A stretch of 63,250 nt of DNA, filler included, from Welwitschia mirabilis (taxonomy: Eukaryota): the NCBI GenBank assembly GCA_051453625.1. It is 5 parts of one record of this genome, joined end to end, with 100 filler letters (N's around TTAATTAATTAA, not from the genome) between each part and the next. Parts side by side here need not be neighbours in the genome. Positions count along the whole stretch, not along the records: positions 20,658 to 30,942 come from JBOZIK010000001.1; positions 31,043 to 56,054 come from JBOZIK010000001.1; 3 more parts are not named here. One strand, written 5' to 3'. Under the pieces are notes generated by a model. The model saw nothing but the letters and a program-made list of their open reading frames with translations, was not told the DNA's origin and ran no database searches. Below, piece after piece: positions 26,951 to 40,905 of the stretch. The position numbers and the translations under genes were made by a program. Each line of letters starts with the position of its first letter. Positions within the stretch are counted from its first letter, which is position 1.

Positions 26951-29900
26951 TTAGGAAAACCCCTACCAAAATATTCTTTACATACTTATTCTATCTTATT
27001 CAATTGATAGACTTTCCTTCCTATAGTTCTTCCATGCATGAAAGTGTAAAATGTTTGACTCTGAATTTAAGTGGTTATTCAATGAAAAATGCAGATCGAA
27101 TTTCTTTAGCTCCTTCTCAAGATATTAATGCCAAAAATGCTTTAGAATATTAGGCGAAGGTTTATTTTACATTTAAAATGATGTTAACTTTAACAAAAAT
27201 GTTTTTCAAGGCTTAGAGTTTCAATAATTATGATTTGTGTTATTTATTAAAAGTAGGAGAAAAATGAGGCATTGGAGATGGAAGATTTGAGTTGCAGAAG
27301 AAGAAATCAAAAGAAGCAGCTATTGCTTCTTATTTACTTGAGTTCTTATGGATTTCTTTTAAGCATTTTGAAAGTTTAATGCATTCATATTGGAGGAATA
27401 GCTGATGTTGCAGATTTGTAGAATAACAAGGAGGTCTAGAATCTCATTCGATTCAGTGTTAATGAACATAATAGATAACATGTGCATATATTTCATTTCT
27501 TTAAACTAATTTTATAGATGTTTGATGAATCATTTTGGAAGATTTTCTTTTTTAAGGATATTATTTAATGAATATTAATCAAAAAGTGAAGAGAGAAGTA
27601 GCAAGGCTATTAAAAAAGAAGAACAAGAAGAAGAAAAACTAGAGGGGCATGCAATAATAAAAGGTCCAAGAGCAACTTCATTATGGAGTAAAAATCAAAA
27701 GAAAAAATAATCTTCTTATCGAAGGAGAATGAAAATCTTCATTAAGAGGATAGATAACAAATATGTACATATAAATAAGGAGAGGATAGAAACATCTATA
27801 TTAGAAGTTAAAATAAGAATTTTCTATTACAAAGAGAAAGAATTTTAAAAATAAGAATATTGAGAAAAGATGTGGTGATATTTTGTTTTGCAAAACCACA
27901 TTATTAGAGGCTAATACTACTTGCTACATATGTTCTTATAGTTTTAAAATAGGAATCAATTAAAGACAAAATCAAAATTATGTTTTGATGTCTCTACACT
28001 AAAGGCTTATAAATGAACAATTTTGATTATTATGAGAAAGAAAGTAATGTAGAGGACAAAGGGGATACAGACAAAAAGGAGTGTAATTTTAATTTAAACA
28101 TCTTCTTAGTGAGGACAAAAGAGACCTCTAGTATGAAGTAGAATTGTTAATTTTAACACCAATTACTCTTATCAATTACTAGATTTTACACTCTTATCTT
28201 TGCTTTTATTTATTGAATAATTTCATGAAACATTGATTTTATGTTATATCTCCTTGAAGCTTTAAATGAAAAATTCAAGTCATATTCAAAATTAATTAAT
28301 ATTATTTTACAAATAATATTTAGACACTTATGGATCATAGGTAACTTTAGGTGGAAAATTTTACATCTTCATCTTCTTTGAGTTAATTTAGCTTAATTAC
28401 AAAATGTCTTAGAAAGGAGGATGAGATTAAAAGAATTTGAATTGCAACTAGGCTTTGTTCTTAGTAAAACTCCAAAAAAAAGAGGGAAATTCTACAAGGT
28501 AGGGAAAAAGGTCACTCAACAATGACACAATAAAGACAAGAGGGGATGTTTAAATAAAAATTTTACTTAAATAGAGGTCAAAACTAGACTAATAAGGATA
28601 TTAGCAAAGTCATCTAAAACCAAAAGGCAACCGATAAAGGTAAGTTGTATGACCTATGTTTGTTTGTTTTTATTCTTATCTAAAATACTAATTTTTCCTA
28701 TGTAATGAAGTTTCTTATATAAATAATCTTGTTCAAAAATTTGAGGAAGGTTAATTTAATCTTTGCTAAATGAATTGGTGCATTAAAAGCTTGTTGAACC
28801 ATTGTAATTTTGAATATAATGTGTTTAGGAATTTTCTTTTTTCCCCTTTTGAACGAAAATCAAAAATGCATTTTTATTAGATGAAGAGGGTTTCAAAAAT
28901 TTAGCTTGAAAGTCTTATGAGTTGACAAATAGACATCATCTAGTTTAATGACATGCAAAAGATAAAGTAATAATTATATCTAACATAAGAGCTTTAATAT
29001 AGCTTACCACAACACCACAAAAACATGATGTAAATGATTATTGTTATTGATAAAGATTGTATTTTTATACTATCTAAGTACTCTTGATTTACCTCTTATT
29101 CTTTGTGTATCTAAAGATAGTAAGCTTTTGTTATTCCATCACAGTGTAAAGCATGAAATAGTAACTATATGAATATCATTTCTATCATTTGAGATACATT
29201 GATTTTTGCATTATCTCTTAATTTAAATAATATAAAAATAGGTACAAAGAGTAATAATTTTTATCCCTAATTAGAGGATGTATATCTAATAAGGTTGGGG
29301 CTTAACCTCCTAAAAAGGAACTTTGATGCTAGTTTGCAAGTGACAAGAAAAGGAGTAATGGTAATGTTATTGATTATTAGATTATTTTTCCAAAGGTAAA
29401 TAGAAGGGTTTTCAATTATATGTGTTTATGGAATGATGTTCAATTTAGTCTGAATCAAGATCATTAAATTGTGAGGAGCCTAAATTCTACTTAGTTGCCT
29501 TTCTCTACTAGGAACTTTGAAGTTATCATGTGTATCTTGAACTTTATTATAGAGCATATTGTAATCTTCATATCAAAGATTGGTTAGGATGGAACCAAAG
29601 AAAAAGAGCATAATCCATTTTTACAATGAACTATAAGTTTCTTTATATAAAGTTTTAAATAATTTTCTCAACTTTTCATTGTCATGGGGTGGCAAGTATC
29701 TTAATATATAAAAAAGAGTAACTATATTTATTGCTATGCCATTTTCCATTTCATATTCTTCTTATGTAGTTCATATCATACATAAACATTACAAGATTTA
29801 GATAAATGGCACTTGTGAATGCCTTTATAGGCTTTAATGTTCATAGGCTATCATTGACCTAGTTGATGCATAGTTATAATTGCTTTATTTAGAAGCTATA

Positions 29901-31055
29901 CATGTTCCAAATATCCAGATTGCATTATCAAAAGGTTAGCACAACCTAATTTCATATAAAAAGTCTATTTATGTAATAAAAGAAATTTTCCATTTGCATT
30001 TAACTAGATAAAACATTGTTTCACTACTATTGTAACATAATGTAAATAAAGAGAGAAACATAAGAACTACAAATCCTAACATTATGATAGTGGTTGACTA
30101 TATTTTATTATTTTTATAACTTCATCTATCAAAAGCTTTTAATTAATCTTTTAATTAAGTGGTAAGTGGAACCTTCTTTGCTTTTTACTCTTAATAGAAT
30201 TATATTCAACAACATTTATTCATGAATATAAAACAAATTTTTTTAAATTTTATTGATTGTAGTTTTAAATTATATTATAATATTATGCTCATACAGTCAC
30301 AACATGTGAATGAGTATAACAATGATTTTAGTATAATTACTAGTTTTTACCATTTTATTTGCTTACTAGAATAGGATTAACTACTGGTTGGAAATGATGT
30401 GATAATGCATTATTTTCATGATATCTTTTTTAATTTCTATCATTGCTTACTTTAATATGCATATGATAAAAATATAGGATCATGGCAGATTGGGTTTATG
30501 AAATGTACATATTCTAAATCTTCACTTCCCATTTAAAGATATAGTAAAAATTATTCCTAGTATTTGATATCTTGAACTAAAGTAACTTTCATAAGTTAAA
30601 GGTCACAATTGTTTATTATTCTTTCNNNNNNNNNNACAATTTCAATTATTTTTATATTGATATATCTGCTACACTTAGATTAATTATAAAAAATGTGTAT
30701 TGTGATTCCAAATTATCATGTTTTAATGGTGTAATTGGTGATGCTTTCCGAGGAACAGGAACTCAATTTAGTCATTTTCAGGCATTTTATTATGATCTGA
30801 TCTAACCATCTAGTTATAACATTAATGCCATATTCTGATCTAGAAAAAGAAGAATTCAACTAAGGAACAGAGTGGAGTAAAAAGTAAAGGAAAAGGCCAA
30901 CAAAAGGACTATCATCTCATATGTCATCCCCATGACAGAGGCNNNNNNNNNNNNNNNNNNNNNNNNNNNNNNNNNNNNNNNNNNNNTTAATTAATTAANN
31001 NNNNNNNNNNNNNNNNNNNNNNNNNNNNNNNNNNNNNNNNNNTCTTTTTTATAAG

Positions 31056-31057
<2 letters not shown>

Positions 31058-31115
<58 letters not shown>
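31058..31115. repeat. (TG)n microsatellite abutting an LTR
   Basis: Perfect TG run merging into the TGTTGCA LTR start. Confidence 0.97.
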
Positions 31116-31117
<2 letters not shown>

Positions 31118-34100
31118 GCACCGCTAATTTAAGGTTATTTGATGGGGTTTTATGAGTTGTTTTGAAGGACTTTTATATAGGTTTAGGTGTAATTCAGAGA
31201 ATTTTGGAGATACAAGAGAAAATCTCAGAAAAGTGTGATTCTTATCCAAATTTGATATATTAAAGAAACTTCCTAATGTAAAGATATTTGAAAAAGGATT
31301 AATAACAAAAATGCTAAAGTTATCTTTGAGGAAATGATCAAAGAAGATCGTCATCCCCTCTGTCATCCCCACAACATGCAGGATAATGACTGCTAACATA
31401 GATTACTAAGTTATCATTTTGAGAATATTTTATAATGTACTATTATCCTTGCTATCATTCAAATAATAGCCTAAATGACACTGTCATATAACTGACTTTG
31501 ATAGCAACCCATAACCATTTCGTCCATTTCTGAGTAATTTATAAGTGCACCTAACCACACCTATTGTTTGTTCTTTTCTACTATATTTTCTTATAAATAA
31601 GTCCCCTTTCGACTCTCTTCTTATCTNNNNNNNNNNNNNNNNNNNNNNNNNNNNNNNNNNNNNNNNNNNNNNNNNNNNNNNNNNNNNNNNNNNNNNNNNN
31701 NNNNNNNNNNNNNNNNNNNNNNNNNNNNNNNNNNNNNNNNNNNNNNNNNNNNNNNNNNNNNNNNNNNNNNNNNNNNNNNNNNNNNNNNNNNNNNNNNNNN
31801 NNNNNNNNNNNNNNNNNNNNNNNNNNNNNNNNNNNNNNNNNNNNNNNNNNNNNNNNNNNNNNNNNNNNNNNNNNNNNNNNNNNNNNNNNNNNNNNNNNNN
31901 NNNNNNNNNNNNNNNNNNNNNNNNNNNNNNNNNNNNNNNNNNNNNNNNNNNNNNNNNNNNNNNNNNNNNNNNNNNNNNNNNNNNNNNNNNNNNNNNNNNN
32001 NNNNNNNNNNNNNNNNNNNNNNNNNNNNNNNNNNNNNNNNNNNNNNNNNNNNNNNNNNNNNNNNNNNNNNNNNNNNNNNNNNNNNNNNNNNNNNNNNNNN
32101 NNNNNNNNNNNNNNNNNNNNNNNNNNNNNNNNNNNNNNNNNNNNNNNNNNNNNNNNNNNNNNNNNNNNNNNNNNNNNNNNNNNNNNNNNNNNNNNNNNNN
32201 NNNNNNNNNNNNNNNNNNNNNNNNNNNNNNNNNNNNNNNNNNNNNNNNNNNNNNNNNNNNNNNNNNNNNNNNNNNNNNNNNNNNNNNNNNNNNNNNNNNN
32301 NNNNNNNNNNNNNNNNNNNNNNNNNNNNNNNNNNNNNNNNNNNNNNNNNNNNNNNNNNNNNNNNNNNNNNCTTTTCTACTATATTTTCTTATAAATAAGT
32401 CCCCTTTCGACTCTCCTTCTTATCTTTGTAGCACTGAAAATTCTTATGACAAGAGATCTAAGGACGAGAAATCTATCTATATGTGTTATAGAAATACAAG
32501 CACTTGGTGGAGGGCTATGTATCCTCTATTAAGACCATGCTATTTTGTAACCCAGATGCTATTACTCTTTTAATATAAAACATGATTTTTTTATGATTAT
32601 ATCTTAGGTTTCTTATGGTTTATAATTACCCTTGTACTAGTGACAATTTCTTGGGTGACATAGATTATCAAGGAAAATCTTTGTTAAGGCTAAAAGCAAG
32701 TAGTGTTAGGGTTATCCTTGCATTGCATGTTAGTTTAGATTGCATTTTCCATCTTGCATGGTATCTTTATTTCTTACATTGTTCTTTACTTTTGGTTACT
32801 AGTTTTATTTGTAAAGCAACCTAAGTCTTATCTCATAGACTTCAATGAGATATGACATTTTCCGTTTACTCCCACTATACTAGTATGATGAATTATGTAA
32901 GATATTGATTTTGATTATAAATGATAAGATCTCTTTGAATGTAAAAAATTGCATAAATACACACTGCAACAAATTGGTTTCATTGCTTGGGAAGGCTATT
33001 GAGGAGTACAAGGATTGTCGTCATTTAGGTGAGTATATCAGACTTTTATTTGATTACTTATCTATGTGACATTATATTTTATTAGGAGCTATATGTTTTT
33101 TGTGTGCAGTCTTTCAGTTTTGTTTTTTTCAGTTTTAGATTTCTATAAAAATTAGTGATCATTCCCTCTATCATCTCCATGACAGAATGAAAGTGTGCTT
33201 TTCTATTTTTGGTTTTATTTTCAGATTTTTGATTTTTCTAAAATAAATTAACTTTCTAACATCTCCTCTAATGTCTAGATGATCATTTGGATGATAGTCT
33301 ATTTTCTTGTGTTTTGTACATTTTATTTTAATTTCTATTTCTATTTCTATTTTCTAGTTTTCTATGAATGACATCCCATTTATCATTCCCACAATAGATA
33401 GGATAATAGTGTTGTTTTTTTCCCTACTTATAGGAACTGTGGTGTGATCAATCCAGAAAAAAGCTTACTAAAGAAAAAAGGGTTTCTAATAGAAGAAAGC
33501 ATTTAAGAAGGACAAAAACACAAACTTCAAGTGCATACATTACTTTTTCAAGCTCATTTTATTTTTAAAAACTTAATCATCTTTAAGCACCTACCTTTAT
33601 CTTAAACTAAATATTCTCTTCCTCTCATTATTCTCAAAAATGAATAATAATAGAATCACTCGTATAAAAATTATTGGAAAGTATGAAGAAAAACTTGAGA
33701 ATAAAAGTAATAAAATAGTTGGGAGACTTATTGCTAAGAAAAGGAGAAAAGAATCTAAAGAGGATGATAAGAAAACACTTCCAGAGCTTTTTGTAGAAAA
33801 AGAGAGATCAACACAAAGAAATGTTAAGAGTGGGGATAGGGCCCATTCCTCTTTTCAATGATCTTATTATTCCCCCTTTCCTTTTAAAAGTCCATATAGA
33901 ACTAATGAAGAAAATCTTAGAGATTCAACCTCATACAATCACTTTTATCCATCCCATCCATCTTCCATGAACTATTATGAAGTAGAAAATGACCCAATAG
34001 AAAAATTTAGGAATACAGTAAAGCACCAAGGGGATACCAACAAATACATAGAAAATACTAATAAAAGATTAGAAAATATGATTGCAATTCTTCAACAAAG

Positions 34101-37100
34101 TCTCCTATCTCTTCAAATGAAAAATTCTTAAAATTATCCTAATTCATCTTACCTTGAGAAAAATAAAAATAACTTAGGAATGAATGATTATGATTCTTAC
34201 TTTCAAGTTAAGAATCATAGATTAAATGTCATCATTCTATCCATTAGGAGATGGGTAAAGGGGAGGTAATGATAACTCAACTATATATTTTANNNNNNNN
34301 NNNNNNNNNNNNNNNNNNNNNNNNNNNNNNNNNNNNNNNNNNNNNNNNNNNNNNNNNNNNNNNNNNNNNNNNNNNNNNNNNNNNNNNNNNNNAGTTAAGA
34401 ATCATAGATTAAACGTCATCATTCTACCCATTAGGAGATGGGTAAAGGGGAGGTAATGATAACTCAACTATATATTTTAATAATAAAAATAAGGATGGCC
34501 ATTTGGATGATGACAATAAGGTGTTTGAAAATCATTCATGAAATAAAGCGTACATTCATGAGAAAATCTATGATAAAAATGATGATCACATTTCCCCTTC
34601 CACTAAAAGCAATAACATGCAACAAGATGATGAGAATAGTAAAGAAGAAGATGATGATGATGACACTAAAATTTTAGATCATATCCCAAACTTTCACATG
34701 TTTTGTAAGGATGAAGGAGTTCCACTAATATATGAGATTCAACTTTTGAAATTAATGGAGATAAGCATTGAAATGAAATCAACGGAAAATGATCAACTCA
34801 AGTCAAATGAGGATTAAAGTTTAGAATTAATGGAGTTACTTAGAGAGAAAAAGGAATCAAGCCAAGAAATCTTAGAATATCTTTCATCAAATAATAAAAA
34901 CTTTCCTTTTTATAATCTTTCTAGTGATATTTTTGAGGAATCCACCAAGTTAGAAGAGAAAAGTAATCCTCAACAAAATGAAAATGAAGAATGATCAATA
35001 ATAAATCATAAAGAAGGGAGAGATACAAGTAATGAAGAAATTCTTCAAACAAATAGCTCTCCAAATCACATTCTTGTTCTTGAAAGTAATGAACCACATC
35101 ATCTTGAGGACTTGAGTTCAAAAATCTCCCAACCTCTTTCTTTGATAACTTCATATGTAAAAAGTAATATCATTTACTCATTTGCAGAGTCAACTTTATC
35201 ATGTGCTTCTATTGATCATTCTTTTCAAAAACAAAATTTGGGATACCTTGAAATTATTAATTAGGAAAAATCATATCTTATTAATCTAATCCATGTTTAA
35301 AATTAAAAATTAAATAGCTTCTTAGGTACATAAAGCCTATCCTAATCTCTCATTCTAAGAAGTTTTTCATAAATCTTTTGATTTCTTTTCATACCTCCCA
35401 TGTTTAATATGAAGTTTTAAATGCAATTTATGTTTTAAATTATTTATATCATGATTTTGATAAAAGATTGTATTTCCATGAGCTGTATAAATTTCTCATC
35501 TCTTATCTTGCTANNNNNNNNNNNNNNNNNNNNATTTTACATGCTCAGTTGAAAAAGCCTTATCTTCTTAAGAATCCATATCTTAAATTAAATAATGGAA
35601 AACATTTTAGAGATCCTTCAAAATCATATTGAAAACTTTCTTTAAGTCCCTTTTCATATGCATTTCAGAATGATGTTCAAGATACTAAAAATTTTTATAA
35701 GAGATCATTTTTAAATGATACTTATCATTTTTTATCTCTTATCTAAGTTATGAAAATTGTGATATCAAGGTGTTATCTTTTTATTCTCTTTCCTTACAAT
35801 TGTTTTTATTAAAAAATGATTGCATACCTTTCATGTTTTATCAATTGGTGAACATTTGGTTTGGNNNNNNNNNNNNNNNNNNNNNNNNNNNNNNNNNNNN
35901 NNNNNNNNNNNNNNNNNNNNNNNNNNNNNNNNNNNNNNNNNNNNNNNNNNNNNNNNNNNNNNNNTCTTCCAATTGATTTTACTATAAAATGATTGCATAC
36001 CTTTCATGTTTTATCAATTGGTGAACATTTGGTTTGGACCTTATTTTTCTGAATATCTTAAAACCATGTTTCTTTTTCTTTCTTATTTTGTTTTGAAATA
36101 AAAGTATGAGTTAGATTTTAGGATTTAAAGAAAGTTTTCTTGTCTTGATCTTTTCATTTGGCTTTCTTGATATTTTTGATTTTGAGCTTCAATTTTCTAT
36201 TTTAATAGTCTCTATTTTTTGTTTTTATTTTTTTTTAATTTTGTTTGTAATCTGTAGTTTCTAATTTCTATTCTGTAATAATAATCTATCATCTCACATG
36301 TCATTCCCATGATAAGATGGATGAAAGTTAGTTTTCATGAGTTTTTCAATTTTCTAATAAATTTCTGTCTTTTCTGAAATTTTTCTATTTCTTTATCTCT
36401 GTCATCCTCTTTGTTGTTTGGATGACGAGCAGGATGACTATCAATAAAACGTTGATTTTTGTTTTTTATTATTTTAAGAAAATACATTTTTATGACTATG
36501 TTAATATTTTTAAGCTAATTTTCTAAGAATTTCAGGAAGTTTATGGGTAAAATTTGGAATTTCATGATTAAACTATTTGAATTTTCTCTTAGCTTTTTTC
36601 TTTAAAAGATTATTATGGCATTACTTGCTCATCTTTCAAACTTGACTAATGTATTTATTTCCATGACTAGTCTTTTGACTTAGGAATTTCAGTGGTAAGA
36701 TTGGGTTCATCTAATCTTAGGAAATTTACAAGTTCATTAACTTTAATTGAAGGAATATGCTTTATTTTTTATGTTTTTCTCAATGGTGAAAAGATCTTAG
36801 ATTATTTAAAAGTATTCTTTTCTATCTTAGTATTATGACTCTCACCTTTGTCTTTTGGAGTGTTTGATCATGTATAATGTTGTTTTATTTATTAAAAAAA
36901 AAAAAAAGAAAGAAAGAAAGTGAAACAAAGACCGTGATATTTTATATTTTATTTTAAAAACATGGTTACCATGATGTCCTACTAGAAGTACACCAAGGCA
37001 AATATTTCTGAGAGAAGCCTTTGGCAGTGTAATATGATAGCTGTGGAAACTCCACTAGGAGGTTAGTTGGTGATGCTTTATGGGGTCCTTACTTTTGTAA

Positions 37101-37873
37101 CTATGGGAGCACTCCCCTCATCATGGATAATAACTTGTTTTAAACTTTAAGGCTATGGGATCAGTGGTATTCCTAGTATCACCATAGGCATTACTTAATT
37201 TCTAGACTCTTAGTCTTTCCATATGATCATTTCATTTCTTAATATTTGAGTGTTTGTTTTGAGATGGTGATAGGAGAGTTCATTTTTTGAGAAATTATTT
37301 GATCTAATTCATTATTTAATGCATTTTTCTCTAGCATCGTCATAACCACTGCCTTATCGAATGGAAGTTTTATACATTAAGTTATGCATTTTTTGTATTA
37401 AGTTATGTTATGATTTATTTCATGGGAATTTACTAAGTTAAAATTTTAGATTGATGAGCTATCTTTTTTTTTGTGTTATCTAATGCTCATTCTTCTTATT
37501 TCCTTTTATGGTTTGGTTCGTTATTTTAAAGTAATTACCATATTTTCTTAGCATGTTTTTCCTTGTTTAAATTTTTAATAAATTTTTGTTATTTATTTTT
37601 CCATTTTTTTGGGTGTTGTAAAGTGCTATTCATGTTCTTTTTGTGATAAAACATTTTTATTACCTATCAGAATATTGCATTGATCTCTATTTTTCAAATC
37701 TAACATTACTCAACTTTGCACCTTATTTTGGAAAGTTATCCTCTTTTACCTGCCTTCTCACTTCCATTTACCTTCTTTACTTTATTTTATAATATGGAAC
37801 ATATTACCTTTTCTTTGATGGAACCAAAAACCCATTTTCATAGCTTATTTTTCAAAATTTTTAACTTAATTTA
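31114..37873 (+). mobile_element. Non-autonomous Athila-like (LARD-type) element: LTR-A, PBS, UTR, N/E/K/D-rich decayed ORF, 3' region
   Basis: LTR 31114-32971 (TGTTGCA...TGCAACA, inflated by a gap) and PBS TGGTTTCATTGCTTGGGA at 32975-32992. No gag/pol motifs recognised in 33640-35300. The 3' region matches 20658-22480. Confidence 0.82.
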
Positions 37874-38859
37874 NNNNNNNNNNNNNNNNNNNNNNNNNNN
37901 NNNNNNNNNNNNNNNNNNNNNNNNNNNNNNNNNNNNNNNNNNNNNNNNNNNNNNNNNNNNNNNNNNNNNNNNNNNNNNNNNNNNNNNNNNNNNNNNNNNN
38001 NNNNNNNNNNNNNNNNNNNNNNNNNNNNNNNNNNNNNNNNNNNNNNNNNNNNNNNNNNNNNNNNNNNNNNNNNNNNNNNNNNNNNNNNNNNNNNNNNNNN
38101 NNNNNNNNNNNNNNNNNNNNNNNNNNNNNNNNNNNNNNNNNNNNNNNNNNNNNNNNNNNNNNNNNNNNNNNNNNNNNNNNNNNNNNNNNNNNNNNNNNNN
38201 NNNNNNNNNNNNNNNNNNNNNNNNNNNNNNNNNNNNNNNNNNNNNNNNNNNNNNNNNNNNNNNNNNNNNNNNNNNNNNNNNNNNNNNNNNNNNNNNNNNN
38301 NNNNNNNNNNNNNNNNNNNNNNNNNNNNNNNNNNNNNNNNNNNNNNNNNNNNNNNNNNNNNNNNNNNNNNNNNNNNNNNNNNNNNNNNNNNNNNNNNNNN
38401 NNNNNNNNNNNNNNNNNNNNNNNNNNNNNNNNNNNNNNNNNNNNNNNNNNNNNNNNNNNNNNNNNNNNNNNNNNNNNNNNNNNNNNNNNNNNNNNNNNNN
38501 NNNNNNNNNNNNNNNNNNNNNNNNNNNNNNNNNNNNNNNNNNNNNNNNNNNNNNNNNNNNNNNNNNNNNNNNNNNNNNNNNNNNNNNNNNNNNNNNNNNN
38601 NNNNNNNNNNNNNNNNNNNNNNNNNNNNNNNNNNNNNNNNNNNNNNNNNNNNNNNNNNNNNNNNNNNNNNNNNNNNNNNNNNNNNNNNNNNNNNNNNNNN
38701 NNNNNNNNNNNNNNNNNNNNNNNNNNNNNNNNNNNNNNNNNNNNNNNNNNNNNNNNNNNNNNNNNNNNNNNNNNNNNNNNNNNNNNNNNNNNNNNNNNNN
38801 NNNNNNNNNNNNNNNNNNNNNNNNNNNNNNNNNNNNNNAATCGATTTAGAGATGGTGCA

Positions 38860-39913
38860 TGTTGCACTGCCAATTTAAGGTTATTTGATGGGGTTTTATG
38901 AGTTGTTTTATAGGAATTTTATATAGGTTTATGTGTAATTCTGAGGATTTTGTAGATACAAGAAGTAATCTTGGAAAAGTGTAATTCTTATCCAAATTTG
39001 ATTTATTAAGGATACTTTATAATGCACAGAGCTTTAAAGAAGAATTAATGATAAAAATTCTAAAGTTCTCTTTAAGAACATGATCAAAGAAGACCATTGT
39101 TCCCTCTGTCTTCCCCATGACAAAAAGGACGACAACTGCTGACATAGACTACTGATTCATCATTTTGAGAATATTTTATAATGTATTATCATTCCAAATA
39201 TCATTTGGACTGTACTGACTGACTCTAATAGTGACCTGTAACTATTTTGTCTATTTTTGAGTCATTTATAAGCACACCTAACCGCATCTACTGTTTGTCC
39301 TTTTCTACTATATTTTCTTATAGATAAGTCCCTCTTCGAGTCTTCTTCTCATCTTCATTACACTAGATATTCTTGTGATAAGAGATCAAAAGGCAAGAGA
39401 TCCATTTGCGTGTGTTGTAGAAAGACGTGTACTTGGTAGAGAGCTATGTATTCTCCTTTGAGACTTAGTTGATTTCTAACGCAAATGCTATTACTCTTTT
39501 AATATAAAACTTGGTTTTCTTTTTATGTTTGCATCTTAATTTTTCTGATTACCCTTATGTTTTATGATTTTCCTTGATCTAGTGATAATTTCTTTAGTGA
39601 CATAGATCATTAAGGATATCCTTTGTTAAGGCTGAAAGCAAGTAGTATTAGGGTTATTTTTGCATTGCATATTAGTTTAGATAGCATTTTCAATCTTGAA
39701 TTGTATCTTTATTTCTTGCATTATTATTTATTTTTGATTCCTAGTTTTATTTCCAAAGCAACTTGAGTCTGATCTCATAGACTTCAATGAGATACAACAT
39801 TTCAGGTATATTCCCACTATACTAGTTTTATGTATTGTGTAAGATATCTATTTTGGTTAGAAATGATAGGATCTCTTTGAATGTAAAAACTTGTACAAAC
39901 ACACACTGCAATA
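38860..39913 (+). repeat. LTR-A, probably a solo LTR
   Basis: TGTTGCA...TGCAATA, no PPT before, no PBS after, flanked by GTGCA and GTGTA (5-bp TSD with one C>T). Confidence 0.8.
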
Positions 39914-40714
39914 GTGTATGTACGTGCATGCATGCTCATCCTTATAAGAAGATGTTATAATCCTATGTGAAGCTTTGAATTAGCATTTATTATTTAATGT
40001 TATTGATTCATTTTATTCCTATGAATATAATTTGAAGTGTGTTTTGATAACCTAAATTATTACATTTCCTTTTACTATTTGATAAGAGTATTTAATTAAT
40101 TATTGAAGAATTTAGTAAAATACTAGCATGTTTTTTAATTCTAGTAAACTCCAGAGTTGTAAGCTTAGAGAAAGTAGGGAGCACATCTTACTAAAGTGGT
40201 ATTTCCATAGGGAAGATGTTTATTTCTAAGTTACTATTTCTAGCAAGTATGCTTTGTAACATGCTTTTGTTCAATTTCTCATTTATGAATTTATCAAAGT
40301 TCATATTCTATTCATGCCATCTTGATAGTAGGATATATTTTAATAGATTGTTAATCAATTTTCCTATTTAGTATTTCTCAAGAGCCTTTCTTTTAGATAG
40401 ACTATAAAAGATACCTTTTGTTTCCATATTATTTCTTAATAGATTAATTTTTATACCCTTGTTGGCAATTTCTAAAAGCAATGCTGCTAATCAAGGAAAT
40501 TTTGCAAAATGTAGCAGAGATAGTTGCACATGCTAAAAATGTTAGGTATATAATTATTTTAAGAGGAGACTTAACATTATATGGCATTTTATAAAGGTAG
40601 ACTGCATTCTCTTATTTTTATTAAAGTTAAAACCTATTAAACAAATTAGATTTCATAATCATAATTACTTGGAAAAAAAATCTCACAGTAATAGGAATAT
40701 CTTAATCCAAAAGA

Positions 40715-40890
40715 ATACCTTTTAAGTCATTTTAAGGGGAAAAAATCCCTCAAAATACCTTTTAAGGTATTTGAACAAAAACACCTCAAAGGCAATTTTA
40801 TTAAAATGCCTTAAAAATGCCTTGAAAGCTTGTAGGCTTTTAAGATAAGCCTTTTTAAGACATTTTTTTAAAGAAATGCCTTAAAAGCCT
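40715..40890. repeat. CACTA right subterminal repeat array
   Basis: AAATGCCTTAA/AATACCTTTTAAG copies just inside the right TIR. Confidence 0.85.
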
Positions 40891-40905
40891 ATATTTCTAG
40901 TAGTG

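Larger units (their letters stand above)
26477..40905. mobile_element. CACTA (En/Spm) DNA transposon, no recognisable transposase, with nested LTR insertions
   Basis: Left TIR CACTACTAGAAATACAGG and right TIR CCTATATTTCTAGTAGTG match 17/18 as an inverted pair. Both ends carry AAATGCCTTAA/TTAAGGCATTT subterminal arrays. The 3-bp flanks TGC/TAT are not identical, and gaps lie between the ends. Confidence 0.8.

Noticed and set aside
29295..29400. NFDAS...IIR peptide resembling plant LINE-associated RNase H
   Set aside because: Too short and frame-disrupted to support without a profile search.
31573..36036. Near-identical direct repeats across gaps (31573/32371, 34207/34393, 35813/35985)
   Set aside because: Most likely unmerged contig overlaps rather than real duplications.
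15306..38873. Long ORF-track entries full of X (15306, 18718, 31545, 37716, 37866 etc.)
   Set aside because: They only read through N gaps.
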